Positions 1 through 14,727 are shown, counted from the first letter of the whole stretch. The stretch is 63,992 nucleotides of DNA, filler included, from Octopus bimaculoides (GCF_001194135.2; 4 parts of 4 records of this genome joined end to end with filler, not necessarily neighbours in it); one strand, 5' to 3'. Translations and numbers: made by a program. Notes: a model not told the origin generated them from the letters alone.

Positions 1-460
1 TATATATATATATATATATATGTGTGTATATATATACATATATAAATACACATATATGTATATACATATATGTATATGTAAACGTGTATGTATGTGTCTG
101 TCTGTTTCTCCTGTCAGGCTCTCTTGTTAACCCTTTCCCTTATCAGGAATCTGTAAAATCTTAAGAACACGAAATTACTTAATTTCCTGTTGGAAATCTC
201 TGTTCCTTCTTCTTCATTATTGGCTCGATTTTCCATGTGTACTTATCATTCATTTAGTTGTTGTTATTTTTGTTGTTGCTGATGTTGTTGTTGTTGGTGA
301 TGTTGTTGTTGCTGCTGGTGCGGGTGAGGATGCTAATGGTTCTGTCTGTCGTGATAGTGTGGTGTTGGAAGTGTCGTTCGATATGAATTTTTTTTCTTTT
401 TGTTCGACACGTTTTCTTTAAAGTTGTCTATTTACCTACCTTCCTATCTATCTATCTACC

Positions 461-491
<31 letters not shown>

Positions 492-503
492 CTNNNNNNN
501 NNN

Positions 504-538
<35 letters not shown>

Positions 539-1764
539 GCAAATATGGTTATGTGCTATATGTGTGTATGTGTATGTGGACGTAAGTGTGTGTATCTATG
601 TATATATCTATTCCTATATGCATGTGTGTGGCTGTGGCTGCGTGTGATATCTACAATATGTTTATCATCATCTGTAAATATATGATTATAAGTACTTTTT
701 GTTGTTTGTTTACATGTATGTGTATGTGTGTATCTACACGAGTTTGTTTATTTAAGTATGAACATTTATATACACACATACATATATATATATATATATA
801 TNNNNNNNNNNNNNNNNNNNNNNNNNNNNNNNNNNNNNNNNNNNNNNNNNNNNNNNNNNNNNNNNNNNNNNNNNNNNNNNNNNNNNNNNNNNNNNNNNNN
901 NNNNNNNNNNNNNNNNNNNNNNNNNNNNNNNNNNNNNNNNNNNNNNNNNNNNNNNNNNNNNNNNNNNNNNNNNNNNNNNNNNNNNNNNNNNNNNNNNNNN
1001 NNNNNNNNNNNNNNNNNNNNNNNNNNNNNNNNNNNNNNNNNNNNNNNNNNNNNNNNNNNNNNNNNNNNNNNNNNNNNNNNNNNNNNNNNNNNNNNNNNNN
1101 NNNNNNNNNNNNNNNNNNNNNNNNNNNNNNNNNNNNNNNNNNNNNNNNNNNNNNNNNNNNNNNNNNNNNNNNNNNNNNNNNNNNNNNNNNNNNNNNNNNN
1201 NNNNNNNNNNNNNNNNNNNNNNNNNNNNNNNNNNNNNNNNNNNNNNNNNNNNNNNNNNNNNNNNNNNNNNNNNNNNNNNNNNNNNNNNNNNNNNNNNNNN
1301 NNNNNNNNNNNNNNNNNNNNNNNNNNNNNNNNNNNNNNNNNNNNNNNNNNNNNNNNNNNNNNNNNNNNNNNNNNNNNNNNNNNNNNNNNNNNNNNNNNNN
1401 NNNNNNNNNNNNNNNNNNNNNNNNNNNNNNNNNNNNNNNNNNNNNNNNNNNNNNNNNNNNNNNNNNNNNNNNNNNNNNNNNNNNNNNNNNNNNNNNNNNN
1501 NNNNNNNNNNNNNNNNNNNNNNNNNNNNNNNNNNNNNNNNNNNNNNNNNNNNNNNNNNNNNNNNNNNNNNNNNNNNNNNNNNNNNNNNNNNNNNNNNNNN
1601 NNNNNNNNNNNNNNNNNNNNNNNNNNNNNNNNNNNNNNNNNNNNNNNNNNNNNNNNNNNNNNNNNNNNNNNNNNNNNNNNNNNNNNNNNNNNNNNNNNNN
1701 NNNNNNNNNNNNNNNNNNNNNNNNNNNNNNNNNNNNNNNNNNNNNNNNNNNNNNNNNNNNNNNN

Positions 1765-1828
<64 letters not shown>

Positions 1829-2354
1829 CATGTTTATATGTGGATAGATAGATAGATACATACATACATATGTATATATATGTATAAATATATATATATA
1901 CACATATATATACAGAGATGCATATATGTATTTATACGTGTGTGTGCGTGTGTGTGTGTGTGTGTGGGTGTATTTATACATATTTACATATTTGTGTTTG
2001 TATACATACATACATAAAAAAATTATATATATACACACACATATATATACACATATATACACATATATATATACACACATATAGTTATGTGCATGTGTGA
2101 GAGAGAGATTGTGTGTGTGTATGTGTGTGTATGTAAGTGTGTGTGTGTGTATCAGTGCTTGAGTATTTGCATAAATATCATTCTTGTACGTAAGAATGGT
2201 GCATACATGCCTACAAGAGGATATTGAAAACATCAAAGGCAGAGAGCGAAGGTAAAGAGCTTGCATACATACACACATATATACATACACACACATATGT
2301 TTATATACACATATATACATATATATATACATACACATGCATATATATAGAAAT

Positions 2355-2396
<42 letters not shown>

Positions 2397-3042
2397 NNNN
2401 NNNNNNNNNNNNNNNNNNNNNNNNNNNNNNNNNNNNNNNNNNNNNNNNNNNNNNNNNNNNNNNNNNNNNNNNNNNNNNNNNNNNNNNNNNNNNNNNNNNN
2501 NNNNNNNNNNNNNNNNNNNNNNNNNNNNNNNNNNNNNNNNNNNNNNNNNNNNNNNNNNNNNNNNNNNNNNNNNNNNNNNNNNNNNNNNNNNNNNNNNNNN
2601 NNNNNNNNNNNNNNNNNNNNNNNNNNNNNNNNNNNNNNNNNNNNNNNNNNNNNNNNNNNNNNNNNNNNNNNNNNNNNNNNNNNNNNNNNNNNNNNNNNNN
2701 NNNNNNNNNNNNNNNNNNNNNNNNNNNNNNNNNNNNNNNNNNNNNNNNNNNNNNNNNNNNNNNNNNNNNNNNNNNNNNNNNNNNNNNNNNNNNNNNNNNN
2801 NNNNNNNNNNNNNNNNNNNNNNNNNNNNNNNNNNNNNNNNNNNNNNNNNNNNNNNNNNNNNNNNNNNNNNNNNNNNNNNNNNNNNNNNNNNNNNNNNNNN
2901 NNNNNNNNNNNNNNNNNNNNNNNNNNNNNNNNNNNNNNNNNNNNNNNNNNNNNNNNNNNNNNNNNNNNNNNNNNNNNNNNNNNNNNNNNNNNNNNNATAT
3001 ATATGTATATATACATTCATATACATATATGTGTACGCATCC

Positions 3043-3080
<38 letters not shown>

Positions 3081-5360
3081 ACACATATACATATGCATAT
3101 ACGTATAAATATAAATACATACGTACTTATAAGTGTATATATATATATGTATATATATATACAAATAAATTCGTGCGTGTTTGGGTGTATATACCACTCC
3201 AAACGTAAACATGTTACGTGAATTTATAATGCCCCTATAGTCCCTGAACATTTTTTCCTACTTTCTTTAAGGTTTACATTATTGTTATTAGTATTATCAT
3301 TATTATTATTATTATTATTAAATTCGTGTCTTTCATCGCTTTATCTGAAAGTCACCCTGTTCTTAATTTCCAGCTAAAACAACTTTGAGCAGAAATAATT
3401 TTCCTTGTGTTTGTTCAATTCCTCTTATTAAAGTAATTTACATAAAAAGAATTTTTTTTTTTAATTGAAATTATACATCTACATTCATTTATAGTTTGTT
3501 CTTGAATTTAATATTGTTTCTATAAAATATTTTCTTAACGGAAATGATAGTTTAAACTCTGCCGGACATTTCTCACTCTCTTTGCTTTTTTTTTTTGTTT
3601 TTTGTTTTTTTTTGTTTTTGGTATTAAAATGAGTTTTTCATGTTATACGTTTCTGTTTGTCATAGATTGGCTCATTGCCTGAGAGTTCAAAACAAATATT
3701 AAAAAATACCATTTCGGTGTAGTATAACCTTATCAGAGTTGATAAATACACAACCTTATCAGAGTTGATACGATACTGATTTATAAAGAGAGCATTTGCT
3801 ATTTCACGCTCTGTCTTAAGCGCTATGCTGTGGACAAGCGTATTCTAATATTTTAAGCAGGGCCTCTTCATCGGTAATGAGTGAACTTAATTTTCTCAAA
3901 TATTATGTGCTACAGCTGGCTTGGTCTATAGAGTGACGAACTGTCAACCGAAGAGTCAATAGCTCGCATCCTGCCAACAGCTACAATTCTGAAAAGCCAT
4001 TCTACATACTGAGTGGGTGAGAAAATGATCATTGGTGCTGACTTGGTTGGGTGGTTAAGAAGCAGATTTAAGATGTATAGTTTTCAGTATCGTTTCTTAA
4101 AGATAGTTGGTGAACAGTAAATATCACGAGAAATGTGGTTTGTCACGTTTGGCCTTGTAAAGAGCTGAAGGCTGAATCTCGTTAGGCGACACACGCTATG
4201 AATGACTAGAGAGCATGACAATTGCATTCAGGCGAACGTGTCTTGAACTGATAGACATATTTAAACATGTATTAGCTGTACCAATATCGGTGGAAGAGAG
4301 ACTGTGAGAGGGAAAGAGTGAGAAGTTGGAGACAGGAAGCAAATCACCAAAGGATACATTATTATTACAGTTTATCCTTAATTCAATTCAAGTCCAACAA
4401 GGTCTAGTATTAAAGTCGTTATAACCATGGTCTTTGCATATTTTCTGCTGACAATATGGCGTCGAGGTGGCGCAATTGTTAGCAAGTCGGAGAAAATGCT
4501 TGGCAGATTTCCTGTAATTGGCTAACCTCCTTCCCCCTCAAAATTACTGGCCTTGTACCGAAATTGGAATGACTTTTTTTATGGATATTGTATATATAGT
4601 AGTAAATTTTTGTCTCGTCATTCTTTTTAAGATGATAGGGTATGATCCGAAGGAGATTTGGCTGCAATCTCTAATTCCATTGAGGTTGAAAAAAAAATTA
4701 AGAAAGTGAATGCTTGTCTGTCCATTGAATCAACGGGACTTTCACTTAATCAAATCTTGTTATGAATCACGGGAGACAACTGAAGCAGACAAGCTGACGA
4801 TCATAGGAAATCTGTAAGACTGTGCAATACAGAGTTTCTAATCGTCTCAGATTCAACAGTAAGGTATGTAGACCTGAGATACAGTTAGGTGTCAAATAGC
4901 CATAGATGAGTGGAAGATCAACAATACATAAACCTTTATCGCAGGAAGTGCCTTAACAATGTGAGCTAAATAAAAATTCAAATTATACGATTTTAATAAT
5001 ACAAAATAAAATGTCTTCAACTTAACCTACAATCACAGAGAATAGAAAAGTTTCTTTAATAAAAGACCTCAAATTGCAAGATAAATCATAAAAAAAAACA
5101 TTTTTCAAGCGTAACTTAAGAAATTAGAATTTCGATTGCAGCAAAATAATATTCATATATAAATGCTAAAAATAATTTTGCATGTAAACAAGAAAATACT
5201 CCGAGAGCAAAGGATTTTTAAATCACTTGAAGCGATTGATAATATCATTTCTTGCATAATCAAAAAATAATATTATCGATTGCTAACGATCGATACTTGA
5301 AAATATTGCACTTATATTGCAAAATGGAAGCGGGAGCATACAAATATGCGTGTTTATATG

Positions 5361-5398
<38 letters not shown>

Positions 5399-5469
5399 CG
5401 AAGTACTGGCATCCCTCAGAATCCAGGAAACCGGGCTTCTAAGCTTGTGGCTTGGAAAGGACCTTTGAT

Positions 5470-5615
5470 TCCTTCTTGGTATACATGATGTTTGTTACGC
5501 AGTTTCTGTCTGTCAATCCACTCATAAGGATTTGGTTGGGCCGAGAGAATAGTAGAAGACTCTTGCCCAATGTGTCATACAATGGAACTGAACTTGGAAC
5601 CATGTGGCAAATCTC
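5470..5615 (-). mobile_element. CORE-like tRNA SINE (family B), 5' part
   Basis: Reverse complement matches the ccacatggttcc...ggcaag..tcttctactat...ccaa..ccttgtgagtggatt body seen at 47251 and 55411. Confidence 0.7.
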
Positions 5616-5659
5616 GTATGTATTTATGTAAGTATATATATATATGTATATACATAGCG

Positions 5660-5694
<35 letters not shown>

Positions 5695-6883
5695 TTTGTG
5701 TCCGTGAATCTGTTTGTGTATATTCGCATACATATATTATGATCGAGGCGAATGAATCGATGCCCAGTTTTATGTTCCAAACAACATTAATATGTATGTA
5801 TTTGGTGAGTGTAAGTAAATCAATAAATCAATCGATATTTGATATTTGATTGAAATAATTATTTAAATAGAACAAAAGCTGTGACGAAAACAAAGGACAT
5901 AAAAGCGGCAACGCTGACTAGCCGCCATCATTTATAATGAATGAAGACATTTTATTTGATTCAATGATTATTAACAAACAGACATAGATTTATTTATATT
6001 CTCAGAGATGAAATATTTAAATATAATTATACGATCATTAGAGATTTCGTAGATATTACAATCTATACAGTTTGGGTTTTACTTTGGCTTTTGTTTGCTT
6101 TAACCCTTTTAGAAGTTCAAGAATATGTGGGATGAAAATCTTTTCCTTGATAACGTAACGTTGTGGCTCTGTTGCTGTTTGTGTTGTTGTTGTTGTTTCT
6201 TTAAGTTCAAGGTTAGATCTGATTCAGCGGAATTGTGAACGAAGACCATCTCACCTTTATTTTCAGTCATCAGACATCAGCATATCCCGGTCACCACTCT
6301 GTTTTCCAAATAATACTCACCGAAGTATTTAAACTCTGTGCTACGAGATTAGCGTTTATCACCACCTACCAAGAATTTGTAAAAACTAATCCTGTCCGAA
6401 ATTCTTCTAAATTCTGAAGTTTGTCTAAATGCAGAAATCGAAAAATGAACTCAATATAAATGATCAGAAAAAAAAACGAGACGAATGATTCAGGAAGAGA
6501 ATATCTGAGTGGTAGAAGTGATAGTTGTCGTGGTATGGGATCAGTCATATCCAAGGTGCAGAGGCCACAGTAGTAGCGGTTGAAAGAGCAGAGAAAGGAA
6601 ACAGCATATCAGATGGGCTCATCTTACCGATTTGAGTTCGCCTGGAGCGGCCCTTAGGGACTACGAAACTAACCTAACATGGGAATTCTAGGTTCTAGTT
6701 TCTTGCTGTTTTATGCTTAGGTAAAGTCAAGGATGGTTCTTTGATACTTATGGGATTCGGCCTGTTTTTTTTTCTGTTGAGGAGCGGAAGACTGGCATCA
6801 CGTCATTAGAGGATGTTTTTGAGGTATATGTTCATGAGGGACAGAACAGCATCGAGAGGTACACCTGAGGTAACAGGGTTAAT

Positions 6884-6908
6884 AGATAGATAGATAGATA
6901 GATAGATG

Positions 6909-6967
<59 letters not shown>

Positions 6968-6968
6968 G

Positions 6969-7045
<77 letters not shown>
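6884..7045. repeat. (GATA)n microsatellite
   Basis: About 160 bp near-perfect GATA run. It accounts for the YLSI-repeat ORF 6832-7179. Confidence 0.95.
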
Positions 7046-7046
<1 letters not shown>

Positions 7047-7575
7047 AAGAACTCATATATGCGCCCAAATGATTCATTAAGACTATCTGTAACGACTCGA
7101 AATACTCTCGACAGCGGAAATAAAAACTGATTTTAATCGATGTAGTAAAAATAGACATTAATCCGATTATGAACCTCATAAATTGTATAGCAGAATTTGA
7201 TGTATTTCACTTTGGAAAGCCGTCTGAGAAGCACTTAGGAAATATGTGTGGTCGACTTCACCATTCTGTATCAACCAATCAGAGCTCTTATCGAAGCTGT
7301 TGTGGTTGTCGTTGTTGTTGTTTTAATCTGGGTTCTAATTGAAACTATCCCATCTTTGTTTTGATTCAGGACTAGTATTCTTTTACTCGTTTCAGTTATT
7401 TTGAATGTGGCCATGCTGGAGCATCCCATTTTGTTTCCAAGACTGTATGGTGTAATGGGAAGAAAGATTGACAGCCGAATGTTCCAGCCTCCATTATCTT
7501 CATGCATATATTGCTTCACTGTGAATCAACGTGAATGTGTTTTCGTTCATGTTTTTTTTAATTATCATGCCTGAC

Positions 7576-7581
<6 letters not shown>

Positions 7582-7632
<51 letters not shown>

Positions 7633-7652
7633 GTTGTTGTTGTTGTTATTAT
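7582..7652. repeat. (AAT/AAC)n microsatellite
   Basis: Direct trinucleotide run adjoining the LINE fragment. Confidence 0.95.
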
Positions 7653-7674
7653 TGAGTGAGAGAGCAGTGCATGC

Positions 7675-8013
7675 CATCAAGTGCTCCACCCTTAGTGCAT
7701 CCCCTATTTGTTCCATGTACTTCTCGAGATTTTTACTCACTGTTCCCAGGGCCCCTACAATTATTGGTATCACTACCACCTTTTTCATCGACCACAACTG
7801 CTTTACCTCCCAAGCTAACCCGGTATACCTATCGACTTTTCTTTCTTCCTTATCACATACCTTGTTGTCAGCTGGGCATGCTATATCTATGATCCAGCAT
7901 AGTTTACCTTCTTTCTCAATTAAGACTATGTCTGGCTTCCTATTCTCTATCTCATGGTTGAACTGAATCATAAAATCCCATAGGATCTTTGCATTATGAT
8001 TTTCGAGCTTCAT
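7675..8013 (-). mobile_element. R4/Dong-clade non-LTR retrotransposon fragment (restriction-like endonuclease domain)
   Basis: ORF reads KILWDFMIQ..HEIENRKPDIVLIEK..CWIIDIACPAD..KEERKVDRY..L..EVKQLW..KVVVIPIIVGALG. This is the PD..D RLE signature of R2/R4-group elements. Confidence 0.85.
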
Positions 8014-8199
8014 GGCAGCGGTATATTTTCCTTATATAAAATATATTGTAGAGACTGCGTGGTACTGTATGATATGCAGAGTGTAAGGTTGTATAAATTA
8101 CCAACAGAAATGAATAGATACTTTCAAGGTGGAGTTAAAACTGTGTGAAAGTTGCAGGATTCAAAAGACTAAGGTGTTGGCATAAAAATGGTCCGTATA

Positions 8200-8520
8200 T
8201 TACTAGGGATAGGGGAACTCCCGACCAGATTGTCGTGCAGGTTTTTGTCTCTTTTGAAAGACAGGAATGGTAGTTTGGGTTAAGTGTTGTCTGTGATTGA
8301 CAAGATTGTAACCGCTACGGGTTGGGACCAAAAAGTGGCACATTTGAAATGAATTATGGAAGTTGGATTATCTGTTACAAATGCGGTGAAATCCCTGAAG
8401 AATCGTGATAAAAGATGAGTGGCAGATTTGCCGCGTGGAGGAATGGAAGGAAAAGGAATTAATATAGGAGTAAAAGGAAGGGTCGTTGGTAATGTGCTGG
8501 TGGATTTGTAGTAGTTATGT
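8200..8520 (-). mobile_element. Decayed Penelope-like element, RT thumb/linker region
   Basis: Minus-strand translation with frameshifts gives YYKST, FHRICN..NFHNSFQMCHF..RSGY and PFLSFKRDKNLHDNLVGS. These resemble the PLE motifs YYKPT, RRICS and FKRxKNLRDxLVRS. Confidence 0.6.
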
Positions 8521-9180
8521 TGGGGATTCGATGATGAGTTTGAAAGAGTGAGAAAAGAATAAGATTACGGACGAAAGATAAAATACGTAGTAAAGAGAGA
8601 CAAAGAAGCAGTAAGAAAGTGAAGGTGAGATAGCGAGGACGAGAGAAAAATAAAGAGAGAGAGAGAGAGACCTTGGGACAGATGGAGAAAGGGAGGACGA
8701 AATGGTAAGGAGAAGTTAATGAAACTTTAGGGATGATTTTGAGTTCGTGTGTGTGTGTGTGTGTATTGCGGATTGAAGGATAGCAAATGGGAAGATACGG
8801 AACAATAGCAAAAGGAATGAAGAGATTCAGGAAGAGGAGGAAAAGGAGGAGGAAGATGAGAAATGAGATAAGTAGGGAACAAAAGATGGTGGGAGAGAGA
8901 TGGAAGATGGGGGGGGGATCATGAAATTAAAGATAAATATAAATGGGGTGGAGGCGGAACATTGAAATAATGAGGTGGTGGTGGTAGTAGTAGTAGTGGT
9001 GTTGATAATGATGGGGATAGCGGTGATGGTGGTGATTGTAATGGTGGTGTTAGTGGTGATGGTGGTGACGGTGGTTGTAGTTGGTAGAAGTGGTGGTGAC
9101 GGTGGTGGCGTTGACGACGGTTCCCTCATTTTGTGGTTAGGGAGATTGTATCTTGCTGACGTCCATTGATAATGTTTGAG

Positions 9181-9233
<53 letters not shown>

Positions 9234-10073
9234 TGTATGTGTTTGCGCACGTGAGCTTGTTTGCTTCTGTATGTGTAAGAACTTGTGAGTTTACGCATGC
9301 GTATGTATGCACTTGTCCAGTGTAAGTGTGCGTATCTATATGTGTGTCTATGTGCGTGTGTGTGTGTGTGCATACATATGCATGTGTCTTGCACTTGTCC
9401 ATTTGTATACATTCTTGCACGTTCACATGTGTTGGGTGTATGTAGATACACGAGTGCTCTTGCGTGTTTCTATGAGTGAATACATGCATGCATGTATGTA
9501 TATGTATATGTGTATATATGTGTGCGTATGTATGTGTATGTGTGTATGTGTTTCTATATATGTGCATATTCGTATATATGTATGCATGCGAGTGTGTATA
9601 TACTTATCACCAGAGATTAATAAGACACTGCATTTGTATATGTCAATATGTGTGTGTATATGTGTGTANNNNNNNNNNNNNNNNNNNNNNNNNNNNNNNN
9701 NNNNNNNNNNNNNNNNNNNNNNNNNNNNNNNNNNNNNNNNNNNNNNNNNNNNNNNNNNNNNNNNNNNNNNNNNNNNNNNNNNNNNNNNNNNNNNNNNNNN
9801 NNNNNNNNNNNNNNNNNNNNNNNNNNNNNNNNNNNNNNNNNNNNNNNNNNNNNNNNNNNNNNNNNNNNNNNNNNNNNNNNNNNNNNNNNNNNNNNNNNNN
9901 NNNNNNNNNNNNNNNNNNNNNNNNNNNNNNNNNNNNNNNNNNNNNNNNNNNNNNNNNNNNNNNNNNNNNNNNNNNNNNNNNNNNNNNNNNNNNNNNNNNN
10001 NNNNNNNNNNNNNNNNNNNNNNNNNNNNNNNNNNNNNNNNNNNNNNNNNNNNNNNNNNNNNNNNNNNNNNNNN

Positions 10074-10113
<40 letters not shown>

Positions 10114-11410
10114 CAGAAATTAATAAGACACTGTTTCCAGTAAGAGGCGAACGCAAAACCGACTTTGATGTCAGAATTGAGAAATTGGTTTCCTTCAATG
10201 GTAGAAGCAAGCTGTTATAACAATTCTTTATCAATAAATGGCGGTTCTTATTGATGCTGACCTCACCCCTTACACACAAACACACACTCACACACAAAGA
10301 AGCACCACTAATAGACGCATACTCGGACATCCATCCGTACACACATCACACAGAAGCATTAATTACAGACAAGGATACGTCTGATAAGATCTAACATATT
10401 CACAGAGAATACGGGAAATGGCGTTGGCCAACGGAAATGATTCCACAGAAATATAGGAAACGATTAAACATTCTGGAAACGAAGGTTCATCGTATGTAGA
10501 GTGTGGCTTACATTTGCTGACACGCACTCATTCTGATTGTGGTTGCAGCATCAGATTGCTTCTGTTGAAGAGCGAGCAAAAGATAGCGAAAGAGAAAAGC
10601 CGTGTTGTTGTCACTGTTGCTGCTGTTGATTGGTGGTTGGAGTAGTGGTGGTAGTGGTAGTGGTGGTCGTCGTGGTCGTCGTGTTGATATTGGTGTTGTT
10701 GTTGAATGTTATTTTTGTTTTTGGTATTTTTTTTTCCCGTGTGGGAAGCAAAGAAAAAAATTGACGATTGTATTTTTGCTTTTTGTCTTTTTCAGAGGAT
10801 TTAAAACTTTTCTCTTCAAGTGCCCTTCTGATATACATTNNNNNNNNNNNNNNNNNNNNNNNNNNNNNNNNNNNNNNNNNNNNNNNNNNNNNNNNNNNNN
10901 NNNNNNNNNNNNNNNNNNNNNNNNNNNNNNNNNNNNNNNNNNNNNNNNNNNNNNNNNNNNNNNNNNNNNNNNNNNNNNNNNNNNNNNNNNNNNNNNNNNN
11001 NNNNNNNNNNNNNNNNNNNNNNNNNNNNNNNNNNNNNNNNNNNNNNNNNNNNNNNNNNNNNNNNNNNNNNNNNNNNNNNNNNNNNNNNNNNNNNNNNNNN
11101 NNNNNNNNNNNNNNNNNNNNNNNNNNNNNNNNNNNNNNNNNNNNNNNNNNNNNNNNNNNNNNNNNNNNNNNNNNNNNNNNNNNNNNNNNNNNNNNNNNNN
11201 NNNNNNNNNNNNNNNNNNNNNNNNNNNNNNNNNNNNNNNNNNNNNNNNNNNNNNNNNNNNNNNNNNNNNNNNNNNNNNNNNNNNNNNNNNNNNNNNNNNN
11301 NNNNNNNNNNNNNNNNNNNNNNNNNNNNNNNNNNNNNNNNNNNNNNNNNNNNNNNNNNNNNNNNNNNNNNNNNNNNNNNNNNNNNNNNNNNNNNNNNNNN
11401 NNNNNNNNNN

Positions 11411-11458
<48 letters not shown>

Positions 11459-11506
11459 TATATATTTATATATATATGTAAGTATATATATTTATATATA
11501 TATATG

Positions 11507-11537
<31 letters not shown>

Positions 11538-11679
11538 ATATATATATACGTATATATATAAGTACATATATGTGTGAGTATATACATGTATACATATATA
11601 TATATGTGTGTGTATGTAAGCATATGTGTGTGTGTATTTTCATCATCATCGTCTTCGTCGTTCTGTGTCTGTGTATTAT

Positions 11680-11787
<108 letters not shown>

Positions 11788-12133
11788 TGTTACAATGTAA
11801 GTTCTTACACAAAACAAATGCTAACATATTTTTATATATCCAATATGATAAGGACATAAATCTGAGACAGAGAATTGTTTAAGAGGCGCCATCTGGTGTC
11901 AGTAACCTTTGGGGTTTTTTTTCAAACTGCGTTTAAATAAATATAATTTAGTTCTTATAACTGTCAGATTAGTGACTTCAGATTTTAGATAGTGAGGAAA
12001 AAATTCATGAAAATATAATAGTCATTTGTTAAGGAGATTACGTGTTATTTTGATCTGATATTGGTATGAACGGGTGACAACTCTGCATATGTTTCCTTGC
12101 GTGATTAGAGCTCTTCAACAAAGTGTACGAATA

Positions 12134-12332
12134 CAATAATCCCTCGACTATTGCGGGTGTTACGTTTCAAAACCTCCCACATAAATAATTAAAATCTAAA
12201 ACAAATATAAATACCTATCGGCCGCCGAAACCCGCGATATACTGAGGAGTCCGCGATATAAATTTACATTAAAAAAATCCGTGATGTACTGAGTGCGCGA
12301 TTAGTGAATAGCGATATGGCGAGGTATTACTG
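12134..12332. mobile_element. Tigger/pogo-type MITE (about 200 bp)
   Basis: Imperfect TIRs caataatccctcgactattgcg / gcgatatggcgaggtattactg. TA flanks both ends (12132-33, 12333-34). Confidence 0.75.
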
Positions 12333-13290
12333 TATCGGTTTTCCAAATTCTAGCACAAGGTTATCAACTATAAACTTACCTTATTTATATTTAAATTTTC
12401 TATCATTTCTATTTAATTTATCCTTTTACTGTTCTAATTCTATTTATCAGCACTATCTTATCTCCAATCAACCTATAAACCCCTCGCCCGAACATATAAC
12501 AATGCAAATCATAAACTGTATCATTCAATCTGCCATAATGAATCCGTAAACACATATAAAACATCTAAGGGTGTATTTTTCCCTCTGAAGATATGCTCAG
12601 GTCATATAAATACAATTTAATATTTACTTAATATTTACTGAGGGTTAATTGAAACAGCTGTAAGTGAAGATGATTAATTTGCTGTTAATAATAAATAATT
12701 ATTAACTTCCCAATCTTCATTTTCTTTTTCTTCCTTTATATGAATATAAACTATGTTTTTATATATATACCTATTATTTTAAGGAAATGAATTCCCCCAA
12801 AATACTAGGTATTGAACCTGTATTTCCTTGGATGAGACCATCCATTCATGAGGTTAGCGCAACCGCTAATCGAATTTATATATATATGTGTGTGTGTGTG
12901 TGTNNNNNNNNNNATGCATGTACTGACCAAGTTCTGGAAGATGGGGGGTTAATATATCGATTATATTCTCTTCCCTAATTTCGAGTCATTGTATCGATAC
13001 TAGAAATCAATATCATCTATAAGATATTTATCTAGCATTTTGGCAGTTTTGCAATCATTCCCTTAAGACACGAGAATGTATCGAACTACACGCCAGCTTA
13101 ACGTTGCAACGCTGATCTGAATCAAATATTCTCCATCGATCTCTTTCCTCGTTATTCCCCCCCCCCTGTCTTTGTCCATCTATCTGGTATCTTCTTCTTC
13201 TTCTTCTTCTCTCTATCTCTCACTGTATCAATCTCTCTCTCTATCTATCTTTCTTTCTGTCAGTTTGTCGCTGTCTATATGTTGTTACAG

Positions 13291-13412
13291 GCCTGCCTTA
13301 GAGATCAGAAGGAAATGAATCGCCTTCTCTGGAACACAGTGCAATACAATTCCTCAATTCCTCTGACTTCATACCAATGTTCTCGATTCCTTACCCCAAA
13401 AATCGTACCATG
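13291..13412 (+). CDS. Candidate isolated internal exon, product unknown
   Basis: Pyrimidine-rich upstream sequence ends in ttacag and the donor is TG|gtaaca. Frame 0 is open (ACLRDQKEMNRLLWNTVQYNSSIPLTSYQCSRFLTPKIVP). No homology recognised. Confidence 0.3.
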
Positions 13413-14222
13413 GTAACAACTTTATTATTTATTCTCATATTTTGTTTTTTGGTTGTTATTTTCTTTTTAGTGTTTGTATTCATCGTAACAGAGGCCATAA
13501 ACAGGCGCACATTTGGGCGGTCAGACAGACAAATAGGCAGAGATAACTGAATGACAGACAGTCGAATAGATGGCTAGATAGATAGAGAGATAGGTAGGTA
13601 GGTAGGTAGGTAGGTAGGTAGACGTGTAGACAAAGAGTCAATCGAACAGACAAACAGACAAACAAACAGTCAGGAACAATCGGCAAACACAAACCCCTGT
13701 ATTTACCAGTTATCAAATCCTAATCTTTGTCACATATCACAAACATAATCCGGAATGTAAATTCTTTCTATGTAAACAATTGCATTATCAAAAATACATC
13801 ATAAATACTGTCATTGTGGAAAATGTGAAAGTAAAATGAATGAAATATAGACTTCCGTTTATGAAATACTTTATTTATTCAATACCGAGATTAATTTAAT
13901 CAATAATCAATAAGAATAATGCAAACGAATAATAATGGAGTTCGATATTACTTGGAAATATAGGTTGAAATATTGTCAACTGCATCGCCAGCAGTACGAT
14001 AAATTCAATGACGTCACATCAAATAATATGAATGGCTGGAAAGTACGATAGGGTGAATGTATTAGATACAATAGAGAGTATTCGCGTGAATGAAAGTAGT
14101 TATAGTTTGTTTTTTGTCATATATGCCGTTCCATATTGAAGTGGATAAAAGTAAAACGACGGGAGCAGTGTCGGCCGGTCGTGTCTAAAGAAACAAAATG
14201 TCGACGTATAGCTTGATGCAAT

Positions 14223-14281
<59 letters not shown>

Positions 14282-14286
<5 letters not shown>

Positions 14287-14727
14287 TGTTTCTTTATTAG
14301 CCACACAGGGCTGAACACAGGGGACAAGTTACAAAGTAGAGCTTTTCTTTTGGGAGAGGAGAGGGAAGGAAGAAAAAAGGGGGGTGCATTTTCGATCAAA
14401 AGGGATCGTATAAAAAAATAACGATTAATAGGGATCATGCATGCACGCATACATACATGCAAATATATATACAGACAGAAAGATTGTCAGATAGATAGAT
14501 AGATAAATAGATTGATAGATAGATATGTTTCTTTATTAGCCACACAGGGCTGAACACAGAAGGGACAAGTTACGAAGTAGAGCTTTTCTTTTGGGGAAGG
14601 AGAGGGAAGGAAGAAAAAGGGATCGTATAAAAAAAACGATCAATAGGGATCATGCATGCATGCATACATACATACATACATACATACATACATACATACA
14701 GATATATATACAGACAGAAAGATTGTC

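Noticed and set aside
400-3251. Long ORFs of YI/CV/HT dipeptides and X
   Set aside because: Read-through of (TA)n, (TG)n and N gaps. The same applies to most ORFs in the track.
9611-10130. Similar ~20-mers (cagagattaataagacactg / cagaaattaataagacactg) either side of a gap
   Set aside because: Could be a small duplication or a TSD, but the intervening sequence is mostly N, so it cannot be interpreted.
10406-10490. Apparent exon EYGKWRWPTEMIPQKYRKRLNILETKVH
   Set aside because: Resembles the RTE LINE YG..W....KRL..LETK region more than a host exon. Too weak to call either way.
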